A stretch of 64,000 bases of DNA from Cyanobacteriota bacterium. GTDB taxonomy: Bacteria > Cyanobacteriota > Cyanobacteriia > PCC-6307 > Cyanobiaceae. A program made the position numbers and the translations under genes. Shown here in pieces: positions 59,880 to 64,000 of this stretch (its first letter is position 1; every line of letters begins with the position of its first letter). The notes beneath the pieces are model-generated. The model did no database searches and was not told the DNA's origin. It worked only from the letters and a program-made list of their open reading frames with translations. The stretch covers positions 1,227-65,226 of the forward strand of contig JBKDPV010000025.1 of assembly GCA_046342315.1 (NCBI GenBank). The letters are read 5' to 3'.

Positions 59880-61118
59880 TCAAGGCAGATGGGGGGGCTC
59901 CCTCCCAGTGGCGGAACCGGCATCGGAGGGGATCTGGCCCGTCCACACCGGCACGGTGAAGTGGAAGCAGGCTCCCTCCCCCGGCTCCGAGACCACCCAG
60001 ATCCGGCCGCCATGCACCTCGGCGATCCGGCGGCAGACCGACAGACCCACGCCGAAGCCGGAGGTGTTGCCGGAGGTCTGGGGCAGTCGCACCCGGTCCT
60101 GGAAGATGCGCTGCTGCTCCTCGCGGGGAATGCCGGGCCCGCTGTCGCAGACGCTCACCTGCAGCCACTGGCTGGTGCGGTGCAGCAGGGTGAGGCTCAC
60201 CCGGCCGCCCTCCGGCGTGAACTTGAGGGCGTTCTCCAGCAGGTTGAGCAGCACCTGGCGCATGCGCCGCTGGTCGGCGTACACATCCGGCAGGTCGGCG
60301 GGGATGTCGGTGACCAGTTCCAGGTCGCGACCGATCCAGAGCTTCTCCAGCTCCAGGATCGCTTCGGCCGCCACCTGCCCGAGGGCGAGGCGCTGGGGGT
60401 TGAACAGGGCCTCCCAGCGGGTGGTGCCCACCTCCAGCAGGTCGCGGGAGAGCTCCTCGATGTCGTCGAGGCGACGGCCCAGCACGTCACGGAAGCGGGA
60501 TTCGTCGATCTGGCCGAGGTTGTGGCTCTGCAGGGCGAGCTTGGCGGCGGTGAGGGGAGTGCGCAGCTCGTGGGCCACCATCCGCAGCAGCCGTTCCTGC
60601 ACCCCCAGCCGCTCGATCAGCGTTTCGTTCTCCTGACGCAGCACCAGCAGCTGATCTTCGAGCTGAACCTCCCGCCGGGTACGGCTGCCATCGATCTCGG
60701 CGGGGCGCAGGCTCATGCCCAGGCTCGTGACCACCTCCATCTGCTGCCAGCGGGGCAGCCAGCTGCGCAGCTGCAGCGAGAGGGTGTTGCCCGCGAACAC
60801 CTGCGTGGGCAGGGGGTCGAGCTTGACCAGCGCGGGGGTGGCCACCAGCCGATGCAGTTCGAGCAACTCGGGCTGATCGGCGGGATCGGCCACCTCCAGG
60901 CTCACCTCGAAGCCGCTGTCCTCGCTGCGCAGGAAGGCCAGCAGGCTGCGCAGATCTGGGGTGGCCATGTGGTGGCGGGACGCCACCAGCAGCAGGCGCA
61001 AGGCCTGACGGGCCGGCCCTTCGCTCACCGGCCCGTTCCCCACGGCAGCCGGCGAAGGGCCGATGGGTTGGGCATCTCCCGCGGTGGGCAACGGCCGGCG
61101 AGCATCGGCGGCACTCAC
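59880..61118 (-). CDS. sasA: Circadian histidine kinase SasA (KaiB-like N-domain); start uncertain
   Basis: [12 protein letters not shown] (KaiB-like), [13 protein letters not shown]-box, [15 protein letters not shown] and GFGVGLSVC. Confidence 0.88.
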   Translation of the reverse strand: MSAADARRPLPTAGDAQPIGPSPAAVGNGPVSEGPARQALRLLLVASRHHMATPDLRSLLAFLRSEDSGFEVSLEVADPADQPELLELHRLVATPALVKLDPLPTQVFAGNTLSLQLRSWLPRWQQMEVVTSLGMSLRPAEIDGSRTRREVQLEDQLLVLRQENETLIERLGVQERLLRMVAHELRTPLTAAKLALQSHNLGQIDESRFRDVLGRRLDDIEELSRDLLEVGTTRWEALFNPQRLALGQVAAEAILELEKLWIGRDLELVTDIPADLPDVYADQRRMRQVLLNLLENALKFTPEGGRVSLTLLHRTSQWLQVSVCDSGPGIPREEQQRIFQDRVRLPQTSGNTSGFGVGLSVCRRIAEVHGGRIWVVSEPGEGACFHFTVPVWTGQIPSDAGSATGREPPHLP

Positions 61119-61207
61119 CCTATGGCGGCACTGGGCGAAGCGCAGCCCAGTGGCTAGGACGGTAGGGAGCCGTGCCCAGGCGTGTCCTCCGTTCTGCCCC
61201 GTGCCTC

Positions 61208-61840
61208 ATGACGATCCCGTCCGGATCCGGCGCCATCCAGCCCTCGGGCTTCCCCCTGGAGCACGGCATGCACCGCGTGCCGGTGTTCCTTCCCCATCCA
61301 GCGCAGGTGCAGGGAGGGTCCCCCAGCCGCATCCAGCTCGACAGCAGCCTGCGGCGCTGGTTCTCCCGCAACCTGGGCCTGTGGCGCTCGCGCCGCCTCT
61401 ATTTCTTCGCCGACGACGAGGCCCTGCGGGTGGACATGCTGCTGCGGGTGGAGAGCTTCAGCGAGCCGATCGAGGGGGAGGCGGCCTACCGCTTCACCTG
61501 GTGGCCGGAGAAGGAGTACGGCTTCTTCGAAAAGAAGCCTCGCTATGTGCGTGAAGGCACGATGGAGGCCTACCTCTGCGGCCACCAGCTGCGCCGCAGC
61601 CGCGGCTACCTGTGCGGCTCGCCCACCAAGAGCCAGATCCGCCAGGTGGATGAGCACGAACTGATCTTCGAATCCCATTACCAGGAGTGGGACATCCTCG
61701 AGCACATCAGGCTGGTGGATCAGGACCGCTTCCGTGCCCGCTCCATCTATTCGTGGCGCGACGGCGTGCTGGAGCTGGTGGAGATCCACCATGAAGCGCG
61801 GCTGGAGTTCCCGAGCGAGCCGCTCGCCGAACCGGTCTGA
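61208..61840 (+). CDS. CpcS/CpeS-like (Ycf58-type) phycobiliprotein-lyase-fold protein
   Basis: GLWRSRRLYF, LRRSRGY and EHIRLVDQDRFRAR resemble S-type lyase motifs; recognition is approximate. Confidence 0.5.
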   Translation: MTIPSGSGAIQPSGFPLEHGMHRVPVFLPHPAQVQGGSPSRIQLDSSLRRWFSRNLGLWRSRRLYFFADDEALRVDMLLRVESFSEPIEGEAAYRFTWWPEKEYGFFEKKPRYVREGTMEAYLCGHQLRRSRGYLCGSPTKSQIRQVDEHELIFESHYQEWDILEHIRLVDQDRFRARSIYSWRDGVLELVEIHHEARLEFPSEPLAEPV

Positions 61841-61873
61841 GCCGCCCGCGCCCCACGGGCCTGAGGGGCGCTG

Positions 61874-62338
61874 ATGCAGCAGCATGGGAAGGTCCGGCCA
61901 CCGACTGCTTTGTCTTCACCGATCCGTTCCTCCCGGCATCGCCGCACCCGGCAGCTGCTGCTGGCACCGCTTGCCCTGGCTCCGCTGCTGCTGGCTCCTG
62001 CAGCGGCCCTGGCGGCCCCGGCCACGCCGGCGGAGATGAGCCTTTACACCCGGATCGCCGCCGTGAACGTGTGCATCGCCCGCTCGGCCGGGATCGAATT
62101 CGACAAGGCCGTGGGGGTGGCCGGTGAAACGATCGCCCAGTTGATCCAGGGTCAGCATCAGAGCCAGATCCAGCAGGTGGGTGCGAAGGCTCTCACGATC
62201 GAGGAACTGCGTAGGGGTTCGATCAATTCCGCCGTGATCGGTGCGGTGGAGATCTGCCCGAAGCAGGTGCCGGCTGATGTGAAGGCCAAGGTGGACGCGG
62301 CCCTCAAGCAGGCCGGCGGCGCGGCCAAGCCCAAGTAG
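61874..62338 (+). CDS. Secreted conserved hypothetical protein
   Basis: Signal-like LLLAPLALAPLLLAPAAALA; two Cys (VNVC, VEICP). Confidence 0.6.
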   Translation: MQQHGKVRPPTALSSPIRSSRHRRTRQLLLAPLALAPLLLAPAAALAAPATPAEMSLYTRIAAVNVCIARSAGIEFDKAVGVAGETIAQLIQGQHQSQIQQVGAKALTIEELRRGSINSAVIGAVEICPKQVPADVKAKVDAALKQAGGAAKPK

Positions 62339-62345
62339 GACCACG

Positions 62346-64000
62346 ATGGCCACCGTGCGGCTCGCCGATTACCGGCCGGCTCCTTTCCGCCTCGAGCGCA
62401 CCGACCTGACGGTGCAGCTGTTCGACGATCACGCCCTGGTGACCGCCAAGCTCACGATCGGACCGGATCCCGGGGACGACCCCGGGCTCGTGGCTCCGGA
62501 GCCCCTGGAGCTGAAGGGGGTGGAGCTCGATCTGCTGGAACTCACCCTCGACGGTGTGCCGCTCGCGCCCGACGCCTACACCCTCGAGCCGGATCGCCTG
62601 GTGCTGCACCAGCCGCCGGCCGTTCCTTTCCGCTTCGGCAGCCGGGTGCGGATCGTCCCCCAGGCCAACACCACCCTGGAGGGGCTCTATGTGAGCGGCG
62701 GGTTGTTCACCACCCAGTGCGAGGCCGAGGGCTTCCGCCGCATCACCTTCCATCCCGACCGCCCCGACCTGCTCAGCCGCTTCCGGGTGCGGATCGAGGC
62801 CGACTGCGAAAGCTGCCCGGTGCTGCTCTCCAACGGCAACGGCATCGAGGCGGGGCCGCTGCCGCCGGGAGCGGACGGCCGGGCGCGTCACTACGCGGTG
62901 TGGGACGACCCGTTTCCGAAGCCCTCCTATCTGTTCGCCCTGGTGGCGGGCCGGCTGGAGGAGGTCCGCGACACCTTCACCACCGCCGACGGCCGCACGG
63001 TGCAGCTGCGCCTGCACGTGGAGCCCGGCGATGCGCCGTTCACCGCCCACGCGATGGACTCGCTGAAGCGCGCATTGGTATGGGATGAGCAGGTGTACGG
63101 GCTCAGCTACGACCTCGACGAGTTCAACATCGTTGCCGTGCGCCACTTCAACATGGGCGCGATGGAGAACAAGAGCCTCAATATCTTCAACTCCAAGCTG
63201 GTGCTCGCCGATGCCGCCACCGCCACCGATGGCGAACTGGAGCGGATCGAGAGCGTGATCGCCCACGAGTACTTCCATAACTGGACCGGCAACCGCATCA
63301 CCTGCCGCGACTGGTTCCAGCTGTCGCTCAAGGAAGGGCTCACCGTGTTCCGCGACCAGTGCTTCAGCGCCGACCAGCACGGCCAGGCACTGAACCGGAT
63401 CGAGAACGTAGCGCTGCTGCGCAACACCCAGTTCCGCGAGGACGCTGGACCGACGGCCCATCCGGTGCAGCCGGACGCCTACCAGGCGATCGACAACTTC
63501 TACACCACCACGATCTACGAAAAGGGCTCGGAGGTGATCCGCTGCCTGCACACCCTGCTGGGCGAGGAGACCTTCCAGCGCGGCATGGCGCTGTACGTGC
63601 AGCGCCACGACGGCACCGCCGCCACCTGCGAGGACTTCGTGCGGGCGATGCAGGACGCCGCGGAGCGCCAGCGGCGCTCCGACGGGGTGCCAGAGCGGCC
63701 GCCGTTCGACTTCGATCGCTTTCGGCGCTGGTACCACCAGGCGGGTACGCCGGTGCTGGAGATCCGCCGCCACTGGGACGGGGAGCGGGGCGAACTGCAG
63801 CTGACGGTGCGTCAGCACACCCCACCGACCCCCGGGCAGCCGGTGAAGCAGCCGCTGGTAGTGCCGCTGGTGCTGGGCTTGGTGGGCCAGGCCGGTCAGC
63901 CCCTGGCGCCGCGGTTGGCTGGCGAGTCGCCGGTGCAGCTGGCGGAGGCCCTGCTGCCGCGCCGCTGGGGCGAGGCCAGCCGGCTGCTGGTGCTGGAGCA
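62346..64000 (+). CDS. pepN: Aminopeptidase N (3' end outside window; absent from the ORF track because it has no stop)
   Basis: ATG 62346; TQCEAEGFRRIT, GAMENKSLN, HEYFHNWTGNRITCRDWFQLSLKEG and YEKGSEV. Confidence 0.95.
   Translation, partial: MATVRLADYRPAPFRLERTDLTVQLFDDHALVTAKLTIGPDPGDDPGLVAPEPLELKGVELDLLELTLDGVPLAPDAYTLEPDRLVLHQPPAVPFRFGSRVRIVPQANTTLEGLYVSGGLFTTQCEAEGFRRITFHPDRPDLLSRFRVRIEADCESCPVLLSNGNGIEAGPLPPGADGRARHYAVWDDPFPKPSYLFALVAGRLEEVRDTFTTADGRTVQLRLHVEPGDAPFTAHAMDSLKRALVWDEQVYGLSYDLDEFNIVAVRHFNMGAMENKSLNIFNSKLVLADAATATDGELERIESVIAHEYFHNWTGNRITCRDWFQLSLKEGLTVFRDQCFSADQHGQALNRIENVALLRNTQFREDAGPTAHPVQPDAYQAIDNFYTTTIYEKGSEVIRCLHTLLGEETFQRGMALYVQRHDGTAATCEDFVRAMQDAAERQRRSDGVPERPPFDFDRFRRWYHQAGTPVLEIRRHWDGERGELQLTVRQHTPPTPGQPVKQPLVVPLVLGLVGQAGQPLAPRLAGESPVQLAEALLPRRWGEASRLLVLE

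Noticed and set aside
59619-59880. tRNA-Glu as an island integration site
   Set aside because: Flanked by core genes; no integrase and no duplicated tRNA 3' end seen in the window.

Overview
High-GC (about 65-72% in hand-counted sample lines) picocyanobacterial chromosome segment, most consistent with a Cyanobium / Synechococcus cluster 5.2 organism (NDH-1 CO2-uptake genes, opcA-zwf-petH, sasA, labA, HIP1 octamers). From left to right: (1-13.2 kb) an ion/solute transport cluster with an APC permease, a truncated peptide deformylase, a Ca2+/Na+ antiporter, a formyltransferase plus polysaccharide deacetylase pair, two DedA genes, an RCK_C-containing SLC13 transporter, a KimA-like K+ transporter and a P2A ATPase. 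(13.4-23.5 kb) the high-affinity CO2-uptake genes ndhF3-ndhD3-cupA-cupS, with ndhF3 separated from ndhD3 by a ~5 kb lower-GC three-gene cassette. The cassette encodes a membrane sensor combining a c-type-heme (DUF3365/Tll0287-like, CxxCH) domain with a canonical LOV domain and no output domain, a membrane diguanylate cyclase, and a GAF-GGDEF(degenerate)-EAL phosphodiesterase. (23.6-31.2 kb) a second diguanylate cyclase fused in frame to a diverged copy of the amino-acid-binding protein of the adjacent natFGH-type ABC operon, followed by a low-GC methyltransferase. (31.3-35.4 kb) an acetolactate-decarboxylase-like/CARDB fusion coupled to a symporter/binding-protein fusion. (35.6-64 kb) mostly core genes: GH57, labA, leuA, PGM1-like ATP-grasp, SemiSWEET, two fluC, 7TM-HD, folD, crtE, RecD-like helicase, acyP, cobB, opcA, zwf, petH, tRNA-Glu, sasA and pepN (partial). 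The best candidates for undescribed biology are the heme+LOV / DGC / PDE cassette inside the CO2-uptake operon and the Cache-GGDEF-TM-binding-protein fusion just downstream of it. No CRISPR array, transposase, integrase or rRNA was seen. All family assignments come from motif recognition by eye; no database search was run.
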